From the NCBI RefSeq assembly GCF_018977255.1, contig NW_024704771.1, positions 3,658,155 to 3,722,000 of the forward strand: a stretch of DNA of 63,846 nt, in the 5' to 3' direction. Source of the DNA: Callorhinchus milii. Lineage: Eukaryota. The translations under genes and the position numbers were made by a program. The notes beneath the pieces are model-generated. The model made no database searches, was not told where the DNA came from, and saw only the letters and a list, made by a program, of their open reading frames with translations. This document shows, piece by piece, positions 1 through 11,990 of this stretch (positions within the stretch are counted from its first letter, which is position 1; every line of letters starts with the position of its first letter).

Positions 1-119
1 TGCGCACCCACACACCACATACACACACACCACATACTCACAGGGAGACCCTGATACCTACCATCCACCTGGTGAGCCGAACCCACACTTGTCACATGTT
101 ACATACACTTCAGGGGAAT

Positions 120-480
120 TAGGGGGATCTTATTGAAACATATAAGATTCTTAAAGGGCTGATAAAGTAGACACTGAGGGTCTGTTTCCCCTGGAAGGAG
201 AATCTATAACCAGGGGTCACAGTTTTAAAATTAAGGGTCAGCCTTTTAGAACAGAGTTGAGGAAACATTTCTTCACTCAGAGGGCAGTGACTTTATGGAA
301 TTCACAAGGCTGAGACTGATAGATTTTTAAAAAATAGAGGGATTGGGGGATATGGAGATACGGCAGGTAATTAGAGTTAGGTCAGAAGATCAGCCATGAG
401 CTTATCGAATGGCGGGGAAGGCTCGAGGGGCCAAATGGCCTTCTCCTGCTCCTAGTTCTTATGTTCTTAAACAACCAACT
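120..480 (+). mobile_element. CR1-type LINE 3' fragment
   Basis: Translates to the CR1 ORF2 C-terminus (GDLIETYKILKG..DKVD..LFPL.GES.TRGHSFKIKGQPFRTELRKHFFTQR) followed by the typical GGGCCAAATGGCCT tail. Confidence 0.8.
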
Positions 481-505
481 GGTGTCTACTGGGGGGAGGT
501 AAACG

Positions 506-870
506 GGGTCCTTGGAGTTGAACTGGCTCCAAGGTGACATTAGAATACATTGGAATATACAGCATAGAAACAGGCCATTCGGCCCAACTGGTCTACACCG
601 GTGTTTATGCTCCACGTGAGCCTCCTCCTGCCCTCCCTCAACGAAGCCTTTAAGCAGAACCTTCTATGTTTAGCAATGTGTGGAATGTGGGAATCGAGTC
701 GGGCCTCTGTGAGGGTCTCTAGTCCGGTTCCTGAATCAGTCGGGTCCACAGTATTCCAGGGCACTCACTGCTGATGACAGCACAGCCCGGCCTGGAAGGA
801 CAGACCAGACCCTGCGGGCAGGGAATCCTCCCACTCAACTCCTTGTTAACCCTGAGCCAAAGCTCTAACT
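506..870. repeat. Copy of an unclassified ~580-bp dispersed repeat, interrupted by a CR1-tail fragment at about 540-660
   Basis: Similar by eye to 16878-17160 (same orientation) and to 9375-9880 and 11600-11990 (inverted). Confidence 0.65.
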
Positions 871-1399
871 AACAGGTGGGGGGGGGGGGGGGGAGGGTGT
901 GTGTGGTCCTGGCCGGACAAGCAGCGGGAAAGCTCTCCTGGGTGAGGAACCGTGCCTAAGGTCTCGCCTAACCCGGGAATTGAACTCGGGTCCTTTCGCT
1001 TGCGAGGCGAGTGCACGAAGCACTACGTCTACACGACTCCATTTCAACCGCTCTGTCTTCTCCCTTCACACCAACTGCCTGTCAGACATCCCGTCCTGGA
1101 TGAGAGGGAACTTTCTAAAAATTGTCACATCGGCTTTGAAATTAAATATCCTCGTTTATAAATAGCTCAGGAACCAGAACACTGAGACCAACAGAGGGCT
1201 GACTTCATAACCTCATTCCATTCCCAACCACATCATCAACCGACTCAGCTCCAAGGAAACCCCACTTAACCCCTACCCCCACCCCCACCTTGGTCCCCGC
1301 AGACCTTTTCTCTCTCTGGTCTGCCTATTTTATTGAAATCTTCCCCCCCACCAACACCCCCCCACCCCCCACCCCCAACCCATCCCCAATTAACAGCTC

Positions 1400-1675
1400 T
1401 ATTCTCCTGCTTTGTTGCAATCCCCCTCTGTGTTTGGCATCATTAACACCTCTTTAACCCATCACCCCCCCCCCCGTCCTCTACCCCATTTCCTCCGTGT
1501 CTTCCTTGCCCTGCCTGCCCCCCACTTCTCTGTCAGCCCCTAAAAAGCCTCTCCCTCCCAACACGCCCCAGGTCTGACGAAGGGTCGTGGACCTGAAACG
1601 TTGACTCACTTTCCTTTCTCCGTAGATGCGGCCCTGACCTGCTGGGTGTTCCCAGCGACTTCTGCTTTTGGTTTT
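1400..1675 (+). mobile_element. Penelope-like element terminal fragment
   Basis: Nearly the same sequence as the tail (49030-49235) of the GIY-YIG-bearing element at 48362-49235; TCTGACGAAGGGTC..GAAACGTTGACTC motif. Confidence 0.65.
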
Positions 1676-2344
1676 CATGATAATCCTTGCATTTGATACG
1701 GCGCCTTATCACGTCTTCGATACCTCTCAAAGCGCTTCACAGAATATACCGTGCAGTGAATTGACTGTGTACTCTGCGGGCGAAACGCGGCAATCAATTG
1801 CCCACAGCGGCGGCCCGCAAACAGTCGTCGATCAAGTGACCAAATTATTCTTTTTTTGGGGGGGTATTATCCCCAGAAAAGCGATCGCCAATCAACTAAC
1901 AACCGGGTTCCTACTTAGCGCTGGGTAAACAGAGGCGTGTGTGTAAGGAAACTTGTCTAGGTCTAGCGTGTCTCGCTACAAGACTCGGAGCTGCTGAGGG
2001 AGGTGTCACAAAAGCATGTTTTTCTCTCTGGAGATGAGACAGTTGAGCTGATATAGAAGTGGTTAAGTTTACGGAACAATTCTATAAGGTTATTGTGTCA
2101 GTCTGTCTCAGTGGTAGCACTCTCTCTTTCTTTCCCTCTCACCTCTGAGTCAGGAAGTTGTGGGTTCAAGCCCCCACGTTGATGCTCCAACGCCCACTGT
2201 AATGTCAAAGTGTCTTGGCCAACAATCCTTCAAATAAAATTGGTCACTCACTCCAGGCTGTTGGTGAGACACACCGCTGTGCGAAAATTGGCTGCTGGTT
2301 TTTTTTGCCCACAAAATGCACAGTCTCTACACTTTACAGTATGT

Positions 2345-2655
2345 GGAGTCCCGTAGCTCAGTGGTTGCAACACTCGCCTTGGCAGCGAGAGACCTGGGTT
2401 CGATTCCCGGCAGGTCAGGGTGAAACCTTGGGCAAGTTTCCTAACTCCACACTCCTAATAATAATCCTTCCAAAAAAAAACCAATAATAAATTGGTCACT
2501 TCAACCCACGACTGTTTGTGGGGCAATTGGTGCGCAATTGGCTGCATTTCACCCACAAATATACAGTCAATTAACTTTACAATCTATTCTGTGAAGGGCT
2601 TTGAGACGTCTAGAAGACGTGATAAGGCTCTATATCAAATGCAAGGATTATTAAC
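2345..2655 (+). mobile_element. tRNA-Ala-derived SINE with L2-type tail
   Basis: A box TAGCTCAGTGG, B box GGTTCGATTCC, conserved body GACTGTTTGTGGG..GCAATTGGCTGC, tail AAATGCAAGGATTATT. More than 25 full or partial copies in the window. Confidence 0.85.
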
Positions 2656-2832
2656 GTTATAACCTGTGAAATACTTTGAGACGCATCAAAATGCAAAGAT
2701 TCTTATTATTAGCGCTTCGAGACATCCTCCCAATGTGAAGGTACTTTACCAATTGTAAGGATTATTTTTTTAGTTTCATTGAGATCAATTAAAGCTTTTT
2801 GACAATGCAATAAGGTGCTATATCAAAGCCAA

Positions 2833-3170
2833 GGAGTCCTGTAGCTCAGCGGTTACCGCGCTCGCCTCGCAAGCGAAAGGACCCGGGTTCAATTCCCGGG
2901 CAGAGCAAAACCTCAGACAGGTTTCCTTACTCCAATCGCCTCTGTTTACCAGCGTTAAGTAAGAACCCAGTCCTTAGTCAGTTGGCGGATCACTTTCCAG
3001 GGGTAATGATCCCACCAAAGAAAAATGATCTCGTCACTCGACACACGACTGTCTGTGGGACGCTGCTGTGCGCAATTGGCTGCTGCGTTATGCCCAAGAA
3101 ATACAGTCAATTCACTTTACAGTATATCCCGTGAATGGCTCTGAGAGGTGATGAGGTGCTGTAGCAAAAG
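2833..3170 (+). mobile_element. tRNA-Ala-derived SINE
   Basis: Same head and body as 2345-2655; anticodon-like arm CTCGC-CTCGCAA-GCGA. Confidence 0.85.
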
Positions 3171-4191
3171 CAAACATTATCCCATCTACGGTGAATGGGT
3201 TAACGCTGTTTTCATAACAAGCAATGACAGCTGCCTTTACATCCTGCGGGCAGTGCGATGTGAGATGGATAAAGGGCTGATTGCACAAACAGACATGTTG
3301 CAGCAGAGAATAATGTGACATTCGATGGCAGAAGGAATGTATTTTAAAGTTCACTTTCAATGAGCCCGAAATTAACGTAGCCTTAATCCTGTCATGACTT
3401 GCTGCTGTGTGAGTGAACCGATTGACCGTTGTGCTGAAGATTAATCACTTTAACCCCTTTTTGAAGGGTCTAAGATAGAGGACACCCCGAAAGCCTCCAC
3501 CCTTTGCCCCTTCCTTCCCCATCTTCAGGTCACGCCTGAAGACCACTGAGCCAGGCTGAGCCGCACATAGTAAGTTTCCTTACAACACAAACACACACAC
3601 GCACACGCACAGACACACACAGACACAAGACTCTTTTATTTAGCAGTAAGTAGAAAACTGGTTGTCGGTGGTTTGCTTTTCCAGGTTTAATAATCCCCTT
3701 TCAAAAAAACAACTTAAAAAAGATAAAAAATCGGGTCATTCAATCCGCGAGTGTTTGTGGGACGCCGCTGCGTGGGAATTGCCTGCCGTGTTTTGCTCAC
3801 GAAACGCACAAAATAAAATCCACTTTGCAATATAACGATCATAATATTAATAATCTTTGTATTTGACACAGCTCTTTATTGTGCTGTTGCGCTTCATAGA
3901 ATATGTTGGATATAAGAATGTAATCATTCACAGAATATATACTGTGTGAAGCGCTTTGAGACATCTCAACGATGAGGAAAGGCGTCATATCAAATGCAAG
4001 GATAATTATGATTATGCACTGAGCTATGTAAAGGGGTGGGTTGTAGGGGGGGAGAGAGAGAAGGGGGGAGAGCGGGGGGCGATGGAATGAGGGAGGGAAA
4101 GAGGGCGTTTGATTCCCTCTGTGTTTGTGACTCCAAATAGCTGCTATTAATATGATCTGCCCATCACAGGAGGGAGCTGTCTCTAACGGAC

Positions 4192-4197
4192 TATAAA
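4192..4197 (+). promoter_or_regulatory. TATA box of the galectin-like gene
   Basis: TATAAA in unique sequence 88 nt upstream of the ATG at 4280. Confidence 0.55.
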
Positions 4198-4279
4198 TAT
4201 CCCACAGCCCAGTCCTGGCCACCTCACTCTCTCTCGCAGCAGGTCTCCACGTACACGAAGATCGCTCTCTCAGGACGAG

Positions 4280-4312
4280 ATGTCTATCGAGCCACAATGG
4301 TGTTGGAATCCG
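4280..4312 (+). CDS. Galectin-like gene, coding exon 1 (MSIEPQWCWNP)
   Basis: ATG to phase-0 donor CCG|GTAAAG; resembles the short first exons ending in NP/SP of galectin-4/-9 type genes. Confidence 0.7.
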
Positions 4313-4400
4313 GTAAAGACGCTTTCTTCCTCGTAGACGGGGTTCGGCAGTTTGGGTCGCGGGGGTGTTACAAACTGCCGTGCGACGTAGAAATTTGGTG

Positions 4401-4770
4401 GGAGTCCTGTAGCTCAGCGGTTCCAGCACTCGCCTCGCCAGCGAGAGGATCCAGGTTTGATTCCTGGGCGGGGACGATAATTTAGGCAGATTTCCTTACC
4501 CCCACACGCCTCTGTTTTCCTAACAGTAAGTAGGAACCCGATTGTTAGCCCATTGGTGGATCACTTTACTGGGGATGATAATCCCTCCCCAAAAAATAAT
4601 GATTTGGTCACTTAATCTACGACTGTTTGTGGGACGCCGCTGTGCGCAATCGGCCGCCACATTTCGCCCACAGAATATACAGTCAATTGACTTTACAGTA
4701 TACCCTGTGAAGCGCTCTGAGACGTATCGAAGACGTGACAAGGCGCCGTATCAAATGCGAGGATTGTTAG
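4401..4770 (+). mobile_element. tRNA-Ala-derived SINE (galectin intron 1)
   Basis: Full head, body and tail; further copies at about 4917-5275 and 5545-5895. Confidence 0.85.
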
Positions 4771-5400
4771 TATTACTTTGCCTTGAGCTGTCCAGGAAAA
4801 AAAATTATGTGGGGTGACTTAACACAGTAAACCTCCCACAAGTCGAATCACTTGGGGAACCATCCATTTAATACGAGCTGTGAGTTATGTCAAACCTGCG
4901 ATGCAATGTCGGAAAGGAGTCCTGAGGCTCACTCGCCTCGCAAGCGAGAGGACCTGGGTCCAATTCCCGGGCGGGGGCAAAACCTTCGGCAAGTTTCCTC
5001 GCTCCACGCACCTCAACTGCAGCGACTGCAACTAGTAGGAACCCGGTGGTTAGTCGGTTGGCGGATCGCTTTCCCTGGGATAACAATCCCTTCGGAAAAA
5101 TAATTTAAGAAACAATAATAATTGGGCCACTCAATCCACGACTGCCGAGCGCAATTGGCTGCCGCCGATTTCACCCACAAAATACACAGTCGACCGCTTT
5201 ACAGTGTATTCTGTGAAGCGCTTTGAGACGCATCAACGGTGTGACTGTATCAAGTGCAAGGATTATTATTATAATCAAATAATTGTGCTTTATTGTGATC
5301 CAGATTTGTGGGAGCACAGGTGGGGGGGGGGGGGGGGGTGAGGGGGGGAGATTTTATTTCTCCCTCGTGTTGTTGAGTCCTGCCTTCCTCCCTCTTTCAG

Positions 5401-5489
5401 GAAACTCCTTTTACTAAGCAGTTTCCTGTGGAACTCAAGCAAGATATGATGATCGTGATGTGTGGAAAAGTACCTTCTGACGCCAAGAG
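5401..5489 (+). CDS. Galectin-like gene, exon 2 (ETPFTKQFPVELKQDMMIVMCGKVPSDAK)
   Basis: Polypyrimidine-CAG acceptor, AG|GTTAGA donor, 89 nt, phase 0-2; fits the galectin P-F...L..G..I.I.G.V pattern. Confidence 0.8.
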
Positions 5490-6100
5490 GTTAGATATTA
5501 CCTTCGTTAATTCTCTGCTGTAATCCCAATATATAATATGCTCAGTGGTGAGAGCGCTCGCCTCGCAGGCGAGAGGATTCGGGCCGGGCAAAAAAACTAA
5601 GGCAGGTTTCCTTACTCCACGCCGCGCGCCTCTATTTACCCGGCAGTAAGTGGGAGCCGGTCGTTAGTCGATTGGGGATCACTTTCCGGGGGTTATAATC
5701 CTTTAACTAAAAATGTGGTCACTCAATCCACGACCGCTTGTGGGACGCTGCTGTGCGCAATTCGCTGCCGTGTTTCGCCCTCAAAATGCACAAAGCGATT
5801 CACTTTGCAATATATGAAGCGCTTTGAGACGTCTCAATGACGTGATAAGGGGCGACATCAAATGCGGAGATTATTATTTTTATTATTATTATTTTATCTG
5901 GGGATTGTCAGTCAGAAGGGAAAATCTCTTCGCTTTTCAAATAATGCCATGGGATCTTTTTTGTCCACCTGAACAGGCACCCACATACACCCACATACAC
6001 CCACATACACCCCCACACACACACCCCACACACACACACACCCACACACAGACCCCCCCACACACACACACATACACACACATACACCCCCACACACACA

Positions 6101-6248
6101 NNNNNNNNNNNNNNNNNNNNNNNNNNNNNNNNNNNNNNNNNNNNNNNNNNNNNNNNNNNNNNNNNNNNNNNNNNNNNNNNNNNNNNNNNNNNNNNNNNNN
6201 NNNNNNNNNNNNNNNNNNNNNNNNNNNNNNNNNNNNNNNNNNNNNNNN
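6101..6248. other. Assembly gap (N run) after a CA-rich microsatellite
   Basis: Run of N. Confidence 1.
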
Positions 6249-6425
6249 AAGATTTATGCGTTTGTTTCTCTGTTTGTTTATTGTGTGTTATTACGTATTA
6301 TTTGTTACGCGTTATTTAATACGTATCGTTGATTACTGTTTGATGGGCTTCCCGCGTTCGACACGGTTCTGGGGGTGAGATATCTTCCTGGGTGTCAATC
6401 ATACCTGACCTCTCGTTCTCCCCAG

Positions 6426-6633
6426 TTTTGTCATTAACTTCCAGAAGGGTGAAGGAGCCAACGTGAAGATTCCCTTCCAGCTCGGGGTTTGTTTCCAAGA
6501 GAATTCCGAGAAATTCATGTTCAGTTCCAAGGAATCTGCCGACTGGGAGCCGATGCAAGATCGCCCCATCTCCCCGAGCATTAAAGGGACCAACTTCAAG
6601 CTCACGTTCCTCGTTTGGAGTAACTGTTTTCAG
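6426..6633 (+). CDS. Galectin-like gene, exon 3 (FVINFQKGEGANVKIPFQLGVCFQENSEKFMFSSKESADWEPMQDRPISPSIKGTNFKLTFLVWSNCFQ)
   Basis: CCCCAG acceptor, CAG|GTACAG donor, 208 nt, phase 2-0; aligns by eye with the central 'W' exon of galectin CRDs. Confidence 0.85.
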
Positions 6634-7039
6634 GTACAGCATCGACAACAATAACAGCAAATGACACTTGCGCAGCGCCTTTCACGTCGGGAGGACGTCC
6701 CAAGGCGCCCGACAGGCGAGGGCTCGCACCCGAGCCGGGGGTTGGGATCCAGTGGGTAATAATAATAATAATAATAATAATAATTCTTGCATTTGATATC
6801 CCGCTGTGCGCAATTGGCTGCTGTGTTTCGCCCACAAGATCCGTCCCTTTACAGTATGAATGGAATTGGTCGCTCAATCCACACCCGTTTGTGGTGCAAT
6901 TAATTGGCTGCCGCGTTTTACCTTCCAATACATTCTGTGAAGTGCTTCCAGACGCTAAAGCGCTACGTCAAACGCAGGATTATGAGTATTATTATTATTA
7001 TTTTGATATAAAAGACCGCCGTGTGTTTGCTGTGACCAG

Positions 7040-7171
7040 GTGGCCCTCAATGCCAAGCACATTCTGAAATACAACCACAACGAACGAGACTGGAAAGCCG
7101 ATGGGATAAACGTGTACGGAGACTTACAAGTGAAGGATTTCACTGTCTACGACATCGACTGCAAAAAAAAA
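7040..7171 (+). CDS. Galectin-like gene, exon 4 (VALNAKHILKYNHNERDWKADGINVYGDLQVKDFTVYDIDCKKK)
   Basis: CCAG acceptor, phase 0; matches the galectin C-terminal VAVNG.H..EY.HR...I..L.I.GD pattern; donor GTAAAT at 7172. Confidence 0.85.
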
Positions 7172-8105
7172 GTAAATATCTTGTGTCACATGGAACTCAC
7201 TGCCTGGTCCCCTCAGGCCCCCCGAGACCCTCGTCCTCTCCTTCATCGCTTCCAGGCTCGACTATGCCAACTCCCTGCACGTCGGCCGTCCCACCTCCTC
7301 CCTCCACAAGCCACAGATCGTCTACACTCTGCAGCTCGTGTCCTCCCCCGCACCAGGCTCCGCGACCTCATCACCGCCGTCCTCTCCCGGCTCCGCTGGC
7401 TCCCACCTCCTGGAGGATAGAGTTCGAAATCCTCGCCCTCACCTTCAAAGCCCTTCGCGGCCTTGTTCCTTCTTAATTCTGTGACCTGCTGACTCCATCC
7501 AAACCCGTCCGCTCCCTCCGCTCAGTGGGCTCCGGCCGGGGGTCCACGTCCCCCGGCTGTTAGTCGATTTAACGTGTAATAATCGCAATAATAATCCTCG
7601 CATTGGACGCAGCGCCTCATCACGTCGTTGAGACGTCTCGAAGCTCTTCACCCAATGTACCGTAAAGCAAATTGACTTTATATTTCGAGGGCGAAATACG
7701 GCAGCCAATTGCACACAGCAGCGTCCCACAAACAACTCTGGGTTGAGTGACATTTTTATGGAGAAATTGGAAAGCAATCGACCAATTGACTAACAACCAG
7801 GTCCCTTACTTAACAGGGGTAATAATCCTAACCCCACCCACAGCAGCCCCATCCCACACACCCCCCCCACACAAAATGTGGTCACTCAACTACTGTTTGT
7901 GGGACACTGTTGTGCGCAATTGGTTGCTGCATTTCACCCACAAAATATACAGTCACTACATTTTACAGTATATCCTGCAAAGCGCTTTGAGATGTCTCAC
8001 CTACCTGATAAGGTGCTGCATCAAAAGCAAAGGCTATTATTATTGCATGTTAAGTTATCTACATGTTAAAGTGAATATTAATTTATGATTTGGGGTTTAT
8101 TTCAG

Positions 8106-8117
8106 GTAAACAAGTGA
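8106..8117 (+). CDS. Galectin-like gene, probable terminal exon (VNK-stop)
   Basis: TTTATTTCAG acceptor, phase 0 compatible, unique 3' UTR and AATAAA at 8292-8297. Confidence 0.45.
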   Translation, partial: VNK

Positions 8118-8783
8118 GCAATGGATCAGGTATGAGGCACTGATCATCCACACAAATCTCCCGCGGCTGTTGTGTGTTTCACTCGGCGATTCTCTCCCAC
8201 CGTTTCCCTCCCGGTCGTAACATTTGGGAGTTGCTTTAACCTCCACCCACTCTCCCCGGACCCGATTGAAACATGACCATTTCTCATTGCTAATAAAAAA
8301 TAGTCTTGGACTCGCTTTCTTGTGTCGCTGCGTTGTTTTTGAAGGACAGTTTTGTGTTCCTGCTGTTTGCACTGTATTCTCTTGTATTGTGTTCGAGCGT
8401 TCGCCTCGCGCACGAGAAGACCTTGGTTCCGTTCCCGGGCAGGGCCAAACCTTAGGAAAGTTTCCTTACCCCACACACACGCCTCCGTTCAACTTAATCC
8501 ATCCCCCTCCCCAATAAAGCCCTCACTGTCCAAGACCTCATCCTGGATGAGCACAGAAACCTGGCTCCTCCAGTGACCCCATTCCCTGTTGCCGTCTCCC
8601 CTTTTTACCTCTCCCATCCCCAACCACTCCCCCCGCCACCAACCACCGTGGCGGCGGGGGGAGTGGGGTGACCCTCACCTCCTAAGCTTCCCTTGGTCTG
8701 TCCCCCTATTCCTCTGGGACTATTTTTCTTCCTTTGAGCAGATCCTCCTCTCCCCCCTTCAACCTGTCACCACCATCAGCCAT

Positions 8784-9110
8784 GTTTCACGGTGCGTCAG
8801 CGCCACGTAGTCGCCATAAAACGGTACTGCAGCCATTAGAATTATTTTTATGCGCTTGAAACGAGCCGTAAATGTCATTGAAAAATAAAATAACTTCACT
8901 CATGTTCAGCCATTAATTATTTACTTACCAGGAAAAAGAAACTGTAAAGAACAAACAGCGCAATTACACCTGAAACAAATGAACTTTCTTTAAACTGTGA
9001 TACGGCGATCAGCACCAGACGGTGGTGTTGCATCACAAAAATTGCGGCTGAAGTTCAGTGAAATGTTATCGCAAGTAATTATTTTTTTCTGTCTGGACGT
9101 GAATGGCCTT
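8784..9110. repeat. Dispersed repeat also present at 42660-42900 and 43790-44400
   Basis: Shared blocks GTTTCACGGTGC..CAGCGCCACGT..GGTACTGCAGC, GATTGAAAAATAAAATA..TTCACT..TGTTCAGC and GCGGCT.AAGTTCAGT. Confidence 0.6.
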
Positions 9111-9374
9111 TGAACCCATCTTGTCTGTCATTATTGTCAGCCGGGAGTAATAAGTGGCGGTTGCAGTCGCGCCGTTCACGGCGGGAGATAATTATGTGGG
9201 GAGGACAAGTTTGCAGGGCTGAGGGAGTGGGATAGATTTGGAAGCTCTTTAAAAAGAACCATCGCAGAACACGATGGGCCGAATGGCCTCCTTCTGCGTT
9301 GTATAATTCTCTGATTTTATGTCCCAAAGCACTGGACAGTCGGGGATTTGGACCCGAGCCGGGGCTGGTACATT

Positions 9375-9880
9375 ATTTTGGGAACAGCCGGGCGTCTGAC
9401 ACATGTGGAACCCATCACCGTTGCTTAAGGGTCTCCAAACCAAACTGAGAATTGCAGACCTCCCACCCACACCTGGAAATGCCAGAGAGAGACTATTAGA
9501 ATGGAATGAATGTGCTCTCTGTTCCTGGAGGGACACATCCTGTTGACCTCATTCCGGAGAGTAATTAGGCAGCGGTTTGCAAGAGTCAAAGGATTGAGAG
9601 CCCAGAATGTATGTTGTGGTAACAGCTCAAACCGCACAGTTTGCCATTCATATCGTCCGTTGTCTGGCAACCTTTCCCGCTGTTTGTCCAGCCAGGACCA
9701 CCCGACCTGTTAGGGCTTTGGCTGCAGGGTTAACAGGAGCTGAGTGTGGGGTCACTCCTTGCCCCCAGTGACCGGTCAGACCTTCCAGCTCCTGCTGATG
9801 AGCCGGGCCGGGCTGCGGGGCCATCAGCAGTTGAGGGCCCTGGAATCCTGCGGACTCGACCGGCTCAGAAATACACTGAA
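9375..9880. repeat. Copy of the unclassified ~580-bp dispersed repeat
   Basis: Co-linear with 11600-11990; inverted relative to 16878-17460. Confidence 0.7.
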
Positions 9881-10224
9881 TTCGCAGAATATACTGTAAA
9901 GTGTAGTAACTGCATATTTTGTGGATGAAACATGGCAGCCGATTGTGCGCGTAGTGCACATTTAGTCACTCAATCAGTCGTGGATTGAGTGACTAAATTA
10001 TTATATTTATTCATTTTGATGGGAATATTACCTCCAAAAAGTGATCCATAATCAACTAACAGAGGCGTGTGTGGGGATTAAGGAAACTTGCCTAACGTTT
10101 GTCTCCGACCGGGAATCAAACCCAGGTCCTCTCGCTTGCGAGGTGGGTGCTCTAACCACTGAGCTACAGGAACCCACAGGTCACAACACATATAATAATT
10201 AACATTACAATAATAATCATTGCC

Positions 10225-10930
10225 GCATCTTGTATCAGAGCTGGCGATCAGGGAGGATGGGATCGGGGAGGGGGATGACCGGAGACACAGTCGAAGAGGA
10301 GGGTCTTGAGACGGGTCTTGAAGGAGATAAGGGAGGGGGTGAGGGGAAGAGACTGTGGAATGAAGTTCCAGAGGGTGGGGGCAGAGTAGCGGAAGGCTCA
10401 CCCCCCCCCAATGGTGGGGTAGGTGAAGCGCAGGAAGTGAAGCAGGCCGGAGCCCGCTGAAAAGAGGGAGCGAACAGGATGGTAGGGGATTAGGAAGTCG
10501 CAGAGGAAGTGGGGAGCAAAGCCATGGAGGGCTTTAAAAATGAGGACCAGGATCTTGAACTGTATCCTCTGTGTAAGGGGAAGACAGTGGGCTGCGGTGA
10601 TGGGGGGACGGAGTTTAGTGTGGGTGATAGGGAACCAGTGGAGGCTGGCGAGGGCTGGGGTGATGGGGGTATGGAGTTTTGTGTGGGTGATAGGGAGCCA
10701 GTGGAGGCTGGCGAGGGCTGGGGTGATGGGGGGACGGAGTTTAGTGTGGGTGGTAGGGAGCCAGTGGAGGCTGGCGAGGGCTGGGGTGATGGGGGGACGG
10801 AGTTTTGTGCGGGTGAGTAGAGTTTGGAATTAGTTGTATTTTGGGGATGGTGGAGCTGGGAGATCAGCGAGGAGGGTATTGGAATAGTCCAGCCGGGATG
10901 TGACGAAGGCGTGGACGAGGGTTTCGGTTC
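10225..10930 (-). mobile_element. L2 LINE 3' fragment containing a 63-bp internal tandem repeat (about 10596-10810)
   Basis: Same L2 ORF2 end as 53305-54648 (minus-strand CAGTTCAAGATCCTGGTCCTC..TTTAAAGCCCTCCATGGC); unit starts at 10596, 10659, 10722, 10785. Confidence 0.75.
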
Positions 10931-11599
10931 TTACACACAGCCCGAGCTGTCTGGCACTGACAAATAACACAGTTGTTCACTATTTGCGGTTAACTGATTA
11001 GAAACAATCGAGAAGTACTGAAAAGCAAATATATTCGTAAATCCAACACAAAATACACAGTTTGAAGCACTTTGAGATGTCTCGATGGTGTGACAAGAAG
11101 TTATATCAAATGCAAAGATTATTATTGATAATACAGAGGCCTATTGCTGATAATAATGATATTGCAGGATTATTATTAATATTAATACAAATTGGCAAAA
11201 TATCTTTTGCTTGTAACACTGTGTTTAGCCCCACCAGCTGGGGATGCTGTGCTACCAATAACGAGGCAAAGTTTCTTGTGCGACACTATCAAAGCGTTGC
11301 TGCAGGAGTTTAATTTTATTTTTCACAGACAGACTCAAGCGAAGCTGTTTGGGATTAAAAATGCAATGCACGGCTTGAAAGGGCGGTGGAAGCTGATTCA
11401 ATAATAACTTTCAAAAGGGATTTGGATTTGAACTTGAAAAGGAAACATTTTCAGGGCCATGGGGTAAGAGCAGGGGAGTGGGACTAGTTGCTCTTTCTAA
11501 GAGCCCTCACAGGCACGATGGGCCGAATGGCCTCTCTCTCTGCTGTAAGATTTTATGACTCTTTGAAGTATGAAAATGAATACGGTTTGACAGGTTTTT

Positions 11600-11990
11600 G
11601 GGGGATCAGCCGGGCGTCTGACACACGTGGAAACCCATCACCGTGCTTTTGAGTCTCCAAAAGAAGCTGAGAATTCCACATACCCCACCTACACCTGGAA
11701 GTCCCAGCGAGGGATTGTTGGCATGGAATCCACACGCTCTCCCTGAGGGTCACATCCTGCTGACCAAATTCCAGAGAGTATTAGGCACAGGTTTGCAAGA
11801 GCCAAGGCTTGGGGGAGCCCAGAGTGTGCGTTGGGGTAACTGCTGGAGTCTAACCAGTTAAAACCACACAGTTTGCCACTGATATCACTGTCTCACAAGC
11901 TTTCCCACTGCTTTTCCAGCCAGAGCCACCCGACTTGTTAGTTCGGGCTTTGGCTGTAGGGTTAACAGGAGCTGAGGGGGTTCAGGGAAA
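11600..11990. repeat. Copy of the unclassified ~580-bp dispersed repeat
   Basis: Co-linear with 9375-9780. Confidence 0.7.

Noticed and set aside
2345-2420. tRNA-Ala-like sequences (also at 2833, 4401, 52080 and others)
   Set aside because: They continue into a shared SINE body and tail, with degenerate acceptor stems; these are SINE heads, not tRNA genes
6316-6660. 114-aa minus-strand ORF
   Set aside because: Antisense shadow of galectin exon 3; no homology of its own
7172-7476. Read-through extension of the galectin exon 4 ORF
   Set aside because: Runs past a GTAAAT donor into an L2 fragment
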